64,000 nt of DNA from Candidatus Latescibacterota bacterium (GTDB taxonomy: Bacteria > Latescibacterota > UBA2968 > GCA-2709665), in contig OZ252100.1 in NCBI GenBank assembly GCA_965248435.1, positions 3,328,001 through 3,392,000 of the forward strand, read 5' to 3'. The notes under the pieces were generated by a model. It saw nothing but the letters and a program-made list of their open reading frames with translations. It was not told the origin of the DNA and did not search any database. The position numbers were made by a program, and so were the translations under genes. Of this stretch, positions 41,713 to 50,043 are shown one piece after another (positions within the stretch are counted from its first letter, which is position 1; the number at the start of each line of letters is the position of its first letter).

Positions 41713-42111
41713 GTGCGGAAGTTTGGAGTGGGCAACAACGAAGAGAAACTCGTTTTCGTCGCGCAAAAGCACGACGCGACGACGCTTCATTACGACTTCC
41801 GGCTGGAAAGGGACGGCGTGTTGAAGAGTTGGGCCGTCCCGAAGGGCGTGCCGACTAAGGAGAGTGTAAAACGGTTGGCCGTGGAAGTGGAGGATCACGA
41901 TGTAGAGTACGGGGACTTCGAAGGGGAAATTGAAGAGGGGGAGTACGGCGCAGGGAAGGTGGAGATCTGGGACAACGGGCGTTATGAAGCGGAGTCGTGG
42001 AAAGAGGACAAGATCATCTTTGCACTCAATGGGAAACGATTCCAGGGACGCTACTGCCTGGTTCGCTTCAAGAGGGCAGGGGAAAAGAACTGGTTGCTGT
42101 TTCGGCTGTGA
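41713..42111 (+). CDS. Standalone LigD 3'-phosphoesterase domain protein
   Basis: FVAQKHDATTLHYDFRLE..GVLKSWAVPKG, KRLAVEVEDH, YGAGKVEIWDNG, NWLL; start uncertain (41713 or 41728). Confidence 0.88.
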   Translation: MRKFGVGNNEEKLVFVAQKHDATTLHYDFRLERDGVLKSWAVPKGVPTKESVKRLAVEVEDHDVEYGDFEGEIEEGEYGAGKVEIWDNGRYEAESWKEDKIIFALNGKRFQGRYCLVRFKRAGEKNWLLFRL

Positions 42112-42257
42112 CGATCTGACCTTTATAGCTTGACGGCTAAGCGGATGGCTTTCCGTTGCGTTTTGAGAATTTGCATCTTATTTTTGGTTGATAGGTTATC
42201 TGGACACGCTTTTGAAATAGAGTGTGTCCGGTTTTTTGTTGTGTCGCTGGGAGGACG

Positions 42258-43373
42258 ATGATCACGACACACACCGATGTCGTTGGAAGCCTGCTCCGTC
42301 CGGAGCGGCTGCTGAATGCTCGGGAAGACCTCGCGGCTGAGAGAATCACGGAAACGGACTTCAAGAAGGTCGAAGACCGCGCCGTCGATCATGCCGTCGC
42401 GATTCAGGAGGCGGCGGGACTTGGGGTGGTGACGGACGGAGAGATGCGACGTCAGTCGTTCCAGAGTCAGATGACCGAGGCGGTCGATGGATTTGGAGAA
42501 TACTCGCTGGATGCCTTCTTGTGGGGAGACTGGAAGGGGGATGATTCGGTCGGGGATCTGCACCTGGAGCGCCCGACCGCGCTCGGCGTCGAGCGGAAGT
42601 TGAGAAGGCGTCGCCACCTGAGTGTCCATGAATTCAATTACTTACGGGATCACACGACACGGATCCCGAAGGTCACCTTGCCGAGCCCGAGCCTGTGGGC
42701 GAATTTCTGGTCGCCCGAGCGATCTACGGAGGCCTACTCTTCACTTGACGAATTCCTTTCAGATGTTGCCATCATCCTGCGGGACGAGGTGACGGATCTG
42801 GTGCGTCTCGGGGCTCGGTACATCCAGCTGGATGCGCCACATTATACGCAGTTGATCGACCCGAAGACGCGGGCCTTTTATGAGGCACAGGGGTGGGACC
42901 TGGACCGCTGGGTGAGCGCCGGGATTGAGCTTGACAACGCGGTGATGGGTGACTTTCCTGGTATAACGTTCGGGTTTCACCTGTGACGAGGCAATCAGGG
43001 CAGCCGGTGGCTGCTCGACGGCGGGTACGAGCCGATTGCGGCCAGGATCTTCCAAGGGGTTCGCGCCCAGCGACTTCTGCTTGAATACGATGATGAGCGA
43101 TCGGGTTCCTTCCAGGCACTGAAGGAGGTCCCCGAGGAGAAGATGGTGGTGCTGGGTCTGGTCTCCTCCAAGACGCCGAGGTTGGAGACGCGAGAGGATC
43201 TTGGCGAACGGATCCGGGAAGCCAGTCAGTTCATCTCCTTGGAACGTCTAGCCCTGAGCACGCAGTGCGGCTTCGCGAGCTCTGTCGTGGGCAATCGAAT
43301 CTCAGAAGAAGACCAGAAGCGGAAGCTGGCGCTCGTCACCGAGACGGCGCGGGATGTCTGGAAAGACGCGTAA
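42258..43373 (+). CDS. Cobalamin-independent methionine synthase II family (MetE C-terminal-like) protein; predicted selenoprotein (Sec at 42984-42986)
   Basis: VVGSLLRP, VVTDGEMRR, YIQLDAP, H-L-[TGA]-R-G-N, LLEYDDERSGSF, VVLGLVSSK, LSTQCGFAS all in one frame; 371 aa with readthrough. Confidence 0.88.
42998..43016 (+). promoter_or_regulatory. Putative bacterial SECIS hairpin
   Basis: GGGCAGCC-GGU-GGCUGCUC 8-bp stem with G-first loop, beginning 11 nt after the UGA. Confidence 0.7.
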
Positions 43374-43410
43374 GACATTCGTCATTTGAACCAATCTTTA
43401 GGAGGAGACC

Positions 43411-44376
43411 ATGCTTGTGGGATTGAGGGTTTCGGGTTTTGTGTTCGCCACAATTATGATGGCCTCGTTTGCCCACGCCCAGAAGGAACGACACTTCGCC
43501 TTTACCTATAATGTAGAGATCACTGATCTACCGGAGTCCGCAAAGAAAGTGGAAGTATGGCTGCCGGTCCCGCCGGAGACACCGGAGCAGAAGATCAAAT
43601 CAGTCACTTTTGATTCACCTGTTGTCGGGAAGACGCATACCGAGGCGAGTTACGGGAATCGGATCTGGCACGCGCGAACGACTCCGCCGGTGAATGGCAC
43701 GTTGAGCATCACCCAACGCATCGACGTCGTTCGAAAAGAACAGAGTTTAGACCGGGATAGAAAACTGGCAGGCACAAACGGGTCTATGAATGAGTTTCTC
43801 AAAGAGAATCGCATGGTACCGCTGACTCCACGATTTCGTAAAATTGCTCTGGAGGAGACGAAGGATTCAGAGGCAGTCGTGGATCAGGCTCGCGCGCTGT
43901 ATGATTATGTGATGGGTCAGATGGCCTACGACAAGTCGGGCAAGGGATGGGGACGTGGGGACGCGAACTACGCCTGCGATATCCGAAAGGGCAACTGTAC
44001 GGACTATCACAGTCTGTTTATTGCACTGGAACGTTCGCTGGAGACGCCCGCCAGGTTCTGGATCGGGTTTCCTCTGCCGGAGGAAAGGGGGAAAGGGACG
44101 GTCGGCGGCTATCACTGCTGGGCTGAGTTCTGGGTACCGGACGCTGGCTGGATGCCTGTCGACATTTCAGAGGCGGACAAGCATCCAGAAAAAACGGAAT
44201 ACTTCTTCGGCAATGTGGACGAGAACCGGATTGTCTTCTCCGTCGGCCGAGACCTGACCCTGGAACCTGCGCAGCAGGGGGAGCCGATCAACTTCTTTGT
44301 TTACCCGTATGTCGAAGTGGACGGAAAGCCCTGGGCGCGTGTCGACACGCGCTTTTCCTATCAGGATCTGGATTAG
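43411..44376 (+). CDS. Exported transglutaminase-like domain protein
   Basis: Signal peptide (ASFAHA); GNCTDYHSLF, YHCWAEFW, GWMPVD Cys-His-Asp triad; AGGAGGAG RBS. Confidence 0.88.
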   Translation: MLVGLRVSGFVFATIMMASFAHAQKERHFAFTYNVEITDLPESAKKVEVWLPVPPETPEQKIKSVTFDSPVVGKTHTEASYGNRIWHARTTPPVNGTLSITQRIDVVRKEQSLDRDRKLAGTNGSMNEFLKENRMVPLTPRFRKIALEETKDSEAVVDQARALYDYVMGQMAYDKSGKGWGRGDANYACDIRKGNCTDYHSLFIALERSLETPARFWIGFPLPEERGKGTVGGYHCWAEFWVPDAGWMPVDISEADKHPEKTEYFFGNVDENRIVFSVGRDLTLEPAQQGEPINFFVYPYVEVDGKPWARVDTRFSYQDLD

Positions 44377-44394
44377 GCAAGAACTGCCAGGAGG

Positions 44395-45690
44395 ATGGCC
44401 GTGGAATCCGCCAAAACACTCGCCGAGTGGGTGAGCGACGCAAGACAGCGGACGATGGATCTGGTGGCCGACCTGACCGACGACCAGCTGATGGGGCCGA
44501 GCCTGGACACCGTCAATCCGCTGCGATGGGAGATCGGGCATATGGCCTGGTTCCAGGAGAAGTGGGTACTGCGGCACGTGGGGAAACAGGCGCCCTACCG
44601 GAAGAACGTGGACGCGCTTTATGATTCGATCGCGATCCCTCACGATGACCGCTGGGACCTGCCGCTCCCGAGCCGGGAAGAAACACTGACCTACATCCGT
44701 GAGGTCCGGGACCAGGTGCTGGAACGGGTTGAGCAGGGTCTGAGTGATAAGGAAGCCTACCACATCCTCTACTCCGTGTTTCACGAAGATATGCACACCG
44801 AGGCGTTTACGTATACCCGGCAAACGCTTGGCTACCCGCCTCCTGAACTGGCTGGTGTGGCTCCAGGCCCATCGGGAGGGGGGCGGCTGGATGGAGATGT
44901 GGAGATTCCTGGAGGAGAGTTTATGCTGGGTGCCGGCCAGGACGAACCGTTCGTGTTCGACAACGAAAAGTGGGCCCATCCGGTTACGCTGAAGCCTTTC
45001 TCGATTGCCCGGGCGCCGGTTACGCAGGCAGAATTCGCTGCGTTCGTCGAGGACAGGGGGTATGACCGGAAGGAGTTGTGGAGAGAGGGAGGTTGGGAGT
45101 GGCGGGAAACGGAAAGGGCGGACCATCCGGTCTACTGGCGAAAGGAGTCAGGCGGCGAGTGGCAGCGCCGTGATTTTGACCGTTGGGTTCCGCTCGAATC
45201 GGATCGACCCGTGATCCACGTCAACTGGTTCGAGGCGGAGGCATATTGCGCGTGGGCAGGTCGACGCCTGCCGACGGAGGCGGAGTGGGAGGCCGCGGCA
45301 GCGTGTGGGCACGACGGAGGAAGCCTATCCAAAAGTAAGCGCCGGTTTCCCTGGGGGGATGAGGGTCCCGAATCGGGGAAGGCCCATCTGGACTGGCGCG
45401 ACATGGGCTGTGCGGAGGTTGGGGCCTATCCAGAAGCGGAAAGTACTTTTGGCTGTCGACAGATGATCGGCAACGTTTGGGAGTGGACGAGCAGTGTATT
45501 TCTGCCTTATCCAGGATTCATTGCGGACCCATACGAGGAGTACTCTGAGCCGTGGTTCGAGACCCGCAAGGTCCTGCGCGGCGGCTCCTGGGCCACACGA
45601 TCCCGCATGCTGCGCAACACCTGGCGAAACTATTTTACGCCGGATAGACGGGATGTGATGGCTGGACTCCGAACGGTCGCAAAGTCGTGA
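44395..45690 (+). CDS. senA: Selenoneine synthase SenA (EgtB-like DinB plus FGE-sulfatase)
   Basis: NPLRWEIGHMAWFQEKW, HEDMHTEAF, FDNEKWAH, RRLPTEAEWE, GNVWEWT, YSEPWF, VLRGGSWAT; stop overlaps senB start. Confidence 0.85.
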   Translation: MAVESAKTLAEWVSDARQRTMDLVADLTDDQLMGPSLDTVNPLRWEIGHMAWFQEKWVLRHVGKQAPYRKNVDALYDSIAIPHDDRWDLPLPSREETLTYIREVRDQVLERVEQGLSDKEAYHILYSVFHEDMHTEAFTYTRQTLGYPPPELAGVAPGPSGGGRLDGDVEIPGGEFMLGAGQDEPFVFDNEKWAHPVTLKPFSIARAPVTQAEFAAFVEDRGYDRKELWREGGWEWRETERADHPVYWRKESGGEWQRRDFDRWVPLESDRPVIHVNWFEAEAYCAWAGRRLPTEAEWEAAAACGHDGGSLSKSKRRFPWGDEGPESGKAHLDWRDMGCAEVGAYPEAESTFGCRQMIGNVWEWTSSVFLPYPGFIADPYEEYSEPWFETRKVLRGGSWATRSRMLRNTWRNYFTPDRRDVMAGLRTVAKS

Positions 45691-46637
45691 GGATTTCCCT
45701 GATCACACCGGCACCGGCCGGCTCGAGGAAGGGAAATCGGGTGACCGCGCAGCGCTGGTCCAAAATCCTTCGTGGACTGGGGCACCGCGTGGACGTTGCT
45801 CAGGAATATGCGGGGAAGCGGTGCGACCTGATGGTGGCGCTCCACGCGCGGCGCAGCCACGCTTCGATCGCTCGGTTTCAGGAGGATCATCCGGACCTCC
45901 CCGTGGTCGTCGCGTTGACGGGGACGGATCTCTACGGAGATATTCACACGGATTCAGACGCTCAGCGGTCTCTGGACCTGGCATCGCGTCTGGTGATGCT
46001 GCAGCCCGAGGGACTTCGGGAGCTCCCGAAGCGCCACCGGCAGAAGGCGCGCGTCATCTATCAGGCGTTTACGTGACCGCAAGGAGACTTTGCCCCCAGG
46101 AAGGGGGTATTCGAGGTCTGTGTACTGGGTCACCTGAGAGAGGTGAAGGATCCGTTTCGCGCTGCTGAGGCAACCCGCCTGCTACCGGCGGAATCGCGGA
46201 TTGAAGTCCTGCAGGTAGGTGGGGCACTCGATGAAGCGAGTGCGGCGAGGGCGAAAGTGGAGGCGGCTGCCAATTCGAGATACCGGTGGCTGGGGGAGGT
46301 TCCGAGGTGGCGCGCCGTGAGGATCCTGGCTCGCAGCAGGTTGCTCGTAATGAGCTCGATTATGGAAGGGGGCGCGAACGCGGTGTCGGAGGCACTGGCG
46401 TGTCGCGTCCCTGTGCTTTCATCTCGAATCTCAGGCTCCATCGGTCTGCTGGGAAAGGATTATCCAGGCTATTTCAAGGTGGGAGATACGCAGGGGCTGG
46501 CCAGGCTTTTGAGAAAGGTGGAGACGGATTCAGACTTCCACAAAGGGCTTAAGCGTCATTGCCGACGTCTGGTCTCCATTGTGAATCCTGCGGACGAAAG
46601 GAGGAGGTGGAGATCGCTGCTCCAGGAACTGGGATAG
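45687..46637 (+). CDS. senB: Selenosugar synthase SenB (TIGR04348-type glycosyltransferase) with in-frame TGA at 46074-46076
   Basis: LITPAPAGSRKGNRVTAQRW, ALHARRS, LTGTDLY, GHLREVKDP, SIMEGGANAVSEA, GLLGKDYPGYF; ORFs 45687-46076 and 46143-46637 share a frame; GTGA overlap with senA. Confidence 0.85.
46085..46119 (+). promoter_or_regulatory. Putative bacterial SECIS hairpin after the senB UGA
   Basis: AGACUUU-GCCCCC-AGGAA-GGGGGU-AUUC-GAGGUCU; loop starts 21 nt after UGA with G at loop position 2. Confidence 0.55.
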
Positions 46638-46662
46638 CGGTTCGACCGGAGTTGTCTCGATT

Positions 46663-47133
46663 ATGTCTTTGAAGGAAGAGACATTCACGTTCTGGGATCC
46701 GCTTGAATTGGTCGACGGGGATCTTCGCCTCGTTCTGGTCGAAAAGCGATTCGGAAATCCTGCCAGGGATATTGTGCCTGCATACAAGTTCGAAATGAGG
46801 AAGATCGACACCTGGGAACCGATCGGGAGGGTCGATCTCCGAATCGGCAATACGGAGCATATCGTGATGTATTCGGGACACCTCGGCTACCGGGTGGAGC
46901 CACTCTACCGGGGTGAGAGATTCGCGGCAAGAAGCTGCGTGCTCCTGTTCGACCTGGCGAGGCGCCACCAAATCGATCCACTCTGGATCACCTGCAATCC
47001 TGAGAATGTCGCATCGCGTCGGACGTGCGAGCTTATTGGAGGTCGTCTCATCGAAATTGTGGCGCTACCGGAGAATACGGATATGTACAGTGAAGGCGAG
47101 CGCTTCAAATGTCGCTATCGCGTCGATGTATGA
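46663..47133 (+). CDS. GNAT-family acetyltransferase
   Basis: IGRVDLRIG, GHLGYRVEPLYRGERFA, ITCNPENVASRRTCELIGG. Confidence 0.85.
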   Translation: MSLKEETFTFWDPLELVDGDLRLVLVEKRFGNPARDIVPAYKFEMRKIDTWEPIGRVDLRIGNTEHIVMYSGHLGYRVEPLYRGERFAARSCVLLFDLARRHQIDPLWITCNPENVASRRTCELIGGRLIEIVALPENTDMYSEGERFKCRYRVDV

Positions 47134-47162
47134 GCGATAAAGCGTGTCTGGGAGGCCTAAAG

Positions 47163-47339
47163 ATGGAAGATCAGGAAGTGGTCGTGACCGACGTTCGTAT
47201 GCAGTTCTCGAGTATGGTCGTCTTTATGGTCAAATGGGTTATTGCGTCCATACCCGCGCTGATTATCCTGGCCGCGCTGGGTGCGCTCATCGTGGCTTTC
47301 TTTGCGGCGTTCCTGCGCTCGCTGTTCTGGCCATATTAA
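47163..47339 (+). CDS. Small membrane protein
   Basis: GGAGG RBS, MEDQEVVVTDVRMQFSSMVVFMVKWVIASIPALIIL plus a hydrophobic helix. Confidence 0.7.
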   Translation: MEDQEVVVTDVRMQFSSMVVFMVKWVIASIPALIILAALGALIVAFFAAFLRSLFWPY

Positions 47340-47400
47340 AGAAGCGTATTTCGTATCTCGTGGCGCTGGATGTTGCGAACATAGATGGCTAGCCACCTCG

Positions 47401-47480
47401 CACGGGCAGCAAGCTGCCCGTGGCACACGCAGAGTATTCACAGAAATGATCTTGTGGCACCGGCAGCTCGCTGCCGGTGG
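47401..47480. repeat. REP-like palindrome doublet, inverted orientation
   Basis: CACGGGCAGC-AA-GCTGCCCGTG-GCAC and GTGG-CACCGGCAGC-TC-GCTGCCGGTG between convergent genes. Confidence 0.7.
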
Positions 47481-47516
47481 GCAATGTTGAGCGTATTTTG
47501 TCCGGCTTGGTGAAGA

Positions 47517-48551
47517 TCAGTCTTCGGAGTGAAGCAGGATTTTGATTCCTTCCTTCTTCCTCACTTTGTTGAAACCTTCTTCCCATCGACTGAGAGGCAG
47601 ACTTTCGGATATGAGCGCATTGAGGTCGATCTGGTCTTTGGCCATGAAGTTCATCACCTGCTTCCACGTCTCCCAGGTATGACATATGGAGCCCTGTATC
47701 CTCGCCTGTTTGTGAACGAGCTGGTCCACGTCAAGGGTGATTGGCTTCCCGAAGAGGCCGACCTGCGTAAACTGACCCAGCTTCTTGAGCAGGTCGAGGC
47801 ATTGTTTCGCTGAGGCCTCTGCGCCCGAACACTCGAAAACGACGTCTGCGCCATAGCCATCGGTCATGTCTTCTATGACCTGTTTCGGGGCCTCCTTTTC
47901 CACGTTGAGCACCAGATCTGCACCCAGCTTCGATGCCAGATCCATTCGTTGGGTGTCTGCGGAAGTTCCGAGCATCACGACGCGACTCTCGCGAGTCTTG
48001 GCGAGCATCGCGCACAGCAGGCCGATCGGACCCGGACCGCTGACAACAACCAGGTCTCCGCGCGTAATCTCCGTGAGCTCCACGACCGCGTGGTAGGCAC
48101 ACGCGAGCGGTTCGCTGAGGCTTCCAGCCTGGTCGTCGACGTTGTCAGGGAGTTTGAATACAACCTCCTTTCGGACGCAGCAGTATTTCGCGAATCCCCC
48201 GTCCAGGACGCTGCCGTGTGAGCCCCGGTCCATGCAAAGAAATGGATACCCCTGTTCACAGTAACGGCATCGGCCGCAGAGTTTTCCTGCTGTCGGATTG
48301 ATGGTGACCCGATCGCCCTCCTCGAGGCCGGCCACACCCGATCCGAGCTCGACAACTCGACCGGCGAGCTCGTGGCCCAGGACGACGGGTGGCTTGCTTG
48401 GAAACTCGTCATCGTAATGATGGATGTCGGTTCCGCAGATGCCGCAAGCACTGACCTCGATGACCACCTGGTCCGCTTCGGGGCGGGGTTCAGGCACATT
48501 CTTGAGCGCCAGTTTTGCGCGACCGGGTTCGGTCTTGACGACTGCTTTCAT
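47517..48551 (-). CDS. Zn-dependent medium-chain alcohol dehydrogenase (sorbitol/threonine DH-like)
   Basis: CGICGTD, LGHE, CGRCRYC..C, GPGPIG, GADVVFECSG. Confidence 0.9.
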   Translation of the reverse strand: MKAVVKTEPGRAKLALKNVPEPRPEADQVVIEVSACGICGTDIHHYDDEFPSKPPVVLGHELAGRVVELGSGVAGLEEGDRVTINPTAGKLCGRCRYCEQGYPFLCMDRGSHGSVLDGGFAKYCCVRKEVVFKLPDNVDDQAGSLSEPLACAYHAVVELTEITRGDLVVVSGPGPIGLLCAMLAKTRESRVVMLGTSADTQRMDLASKLGADLVLNVEKEAPKQVIEDMTDGYGADVVFECSGAEASAKQCLDLLKKLGQFTQVGLFGKPITLDVDQLVHKQARIQGSICHTWETWKQVMNFMAKDQIDLNALISESLPLSRWEEGFNKVRKKEGIKILLHSED

Positions 48552-48589
48552 TGTAGCGATGGATGAATCCTGTATCGTCTTGGCGAATA

Positions 48590-48612
48590 GAGACGCCCCA
48601 GCGGGGCGTCTC
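48590..48612. repeat. Perfect REP-like palindrome
   Basis: GAGACGCCCC-AGC-GGGGCGTCTC, intergenic, no U-tract. Confidence 0.65.
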
Positions 48613-48636
48613 CACAGTGATGGATCTCGCTAATGG

Positions 48637-49503
48637 TTATCCGGATCCGAATTCCTCATCGAGGGCGCCGTAGTGGTCGTGCTTAACAACGTGCGTAAAC
48701 TCGGCGTAGCCCATCATCCGATCCTGCCTGCTGTGCGTGGACCCTTTGCCCTTCAGCTCGTCGAGTACTTCTTTGACGGCCAGAGAGGAACTCAGGAGGG
48801 CTGATAGGGGATAGATAACGATTTTGAATCCCATTTTCCCTAGTTCGTCGATAGTGAGCCGGGTTGTTTCATTTCCGTCCACGATACTGACCATCAGTGG
48901 AGCGTTGATCGCCTTCGCTACTGCCTGAAGCTCGTCGACCTTTTTGATTCCGTCGACAAAGACGATGTCCACACCAGCCTCTGAATAGACCTCGGCGCGA
49001 CGGATAGCTTCGTCGACGCCTACGGCAGGAAGCGCATCGGTTCGACCGATGATGACCATACCGCTCTCGCCACGAGCATCAATGGCACATTTGAGTTTGA
49101 GGACCATCTCATCCGAGGGGATCAGCTTTACCCCAGACATCTGGCCGCAGCGTTTGGGGGAGGTCTGGTCTTCCAAATGGATCGCTGCGACACCGGCAAG
49201 TTCGTATTCGTGGACAGTGCGTTCGATGTTGGCTGGACCGCCGTAGCCCGTGTCTGCGTCCGCGATGACGGGCAGGTCGACCGCGCGGGCCATGTTTCGC
49301 GCGTGGGTGACCATTTCGGTCTGGGTCAGGAGTCCAACGTCGGGCGTGCCCAGGAGACTGGCCGTGGCTCCGAAGCCGGTCATGTAAACAGCTGAGAATC
49401 CTGCCTGCAGGACCAGGCGAGCTGTCAGCACATCGCCCGCCCCGGGTGCGATAACCATCTGGCCGTCTTCCAGCAACCTTCTAAATCGCGCAGCCTGGTT
49501 CAC
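48637..49503 (-). CDS. Isocitrate lyase / PEP mutase family enzyme
   Basis: YMTGFG, PDVGL, IADADTGYGG, IHLEDQTSPKRCGQ, IIGRTDA; GTG start 49503 with GGAGG. Confidence 0.88.
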   Translation of the reverse strand: MNQAARFRRLLEDGQMVIAPGAGDVLTARLVLQAGFSAVYMTGFGATASLLGTPDVGLLTQTEMVTHARNMARAVDLPVIADADTGYGGPANIERTVHEYELAGVAAIHLEDQTSPKRCGQMSGVKLIPSDEMVLKLKCAIDARGESGMVIIGRTDALPAVGVDEAIRRAEVYSEAGVDIVFVDGIKKVDELQAVAKAINAPLMVSIVDGNETTRLTIDELGKMGFKIVIYPLSALLSSSLAVKEVLDELKGKGSTHSRQDRMMGYAEFTHVVKHDHYGALDEEFGSG

Positions 49504-49708
49504 GGAGCGCCTCCCCAGAATGATGCGAGAGAATTTCAATACATCGCTGACGGACTACAATAAGTTTGATGGCGGAGCGAAGTCAAGGGGTTTCATCTTA
49601 CTATCGCCCGCGTTAAATTGGAGATTTCGGATCGCGGATTGAAAAGCAGAATCCGTGACTGTCGATTGGCGAAATAGAAACGCAAATTCGTGCGAGGTGT
49701 CGCTTTCG

Positions 49709-49903
49709 ATGATTCATCGCGTAAGGAATCAGCAGTTTTGCGTTGAGGCGGAGTTCGACGGAGACTTCTGGATAGTGGGGGTTTACGAGGTCGAGGGTGC
49801 GGACAAGCGGTTGCGATTCGAATACAAGCTAAACGCCCCGAAGGATGAGAGAGAAGCCTGCAAGAGGGCGTGGGAGCTGTTCGAGACCAGGTATCTAAAA
49901 TAG
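49709..49903 (+). CDS. Small hypothetical protein (64 aa)
   Basis: GAGGTG RBS before ATG; protein-like composition MIHRVRNQQFCVEAEFDGDFWIVGVY..RAWELFETRYLK. Confidence 0.55.
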   Translation: MIHRVRNQQFCVEAEFDGDFWIVGVYEVEGADKRLRFEYKLNAPKDEREACKRAWELFETRYLK

Positions 49904-49911
49904 TGTAATGT

Positions 49912-49964
49912 CGGGTACCGGGGAACCAGAACACGGGTACCGGGGAACCAGAACACGGGTACCG
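49912..49964. repeat. 22-bp tandem repeat with GGTACC core (2.4 copies)
   Basis: CGGGTACCGGGGAACCAGAACA x2 plus CGGGTACCG. Confidence 0.85.
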
Positions 49965-49983
49965 CAAATCCCTCGACTATCGC

Positions 49984-50018
49984 AAAAAGGGGTCAGCCAT
50001 TTTCAGGCTGGCCCCTTT
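49984..50018 (-). terminator. Terminator of dnaK (possibly bidirectional)
   Basis: AAAGGGGTCAGCC / GGCTGGCCCCTTT stem with an A5 run giving a U-tract on minus. Confidence 0.75.
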
Positions 50019-50043
50019 CCGTGACTATGGGATGTGTTTGAAC

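Noticed and set aside
44395-45690. Plain ergothioneine egtB
   Set aside because: Direct coupling to a SenB-type glycosyltransferase favours senA; no egtC or egtD nearby.
42984-46076. Genome-wide UGA reassignment (code 4 or 25)
   Set aside because: TGA is the normal stop of acnA, senA, tolC and others, and Trp is encoded by TGG.
49912-49964. CRISPR array
   Set aside because: Units are identical 22-mers with no unique spacers, and no cas genes are in the window.
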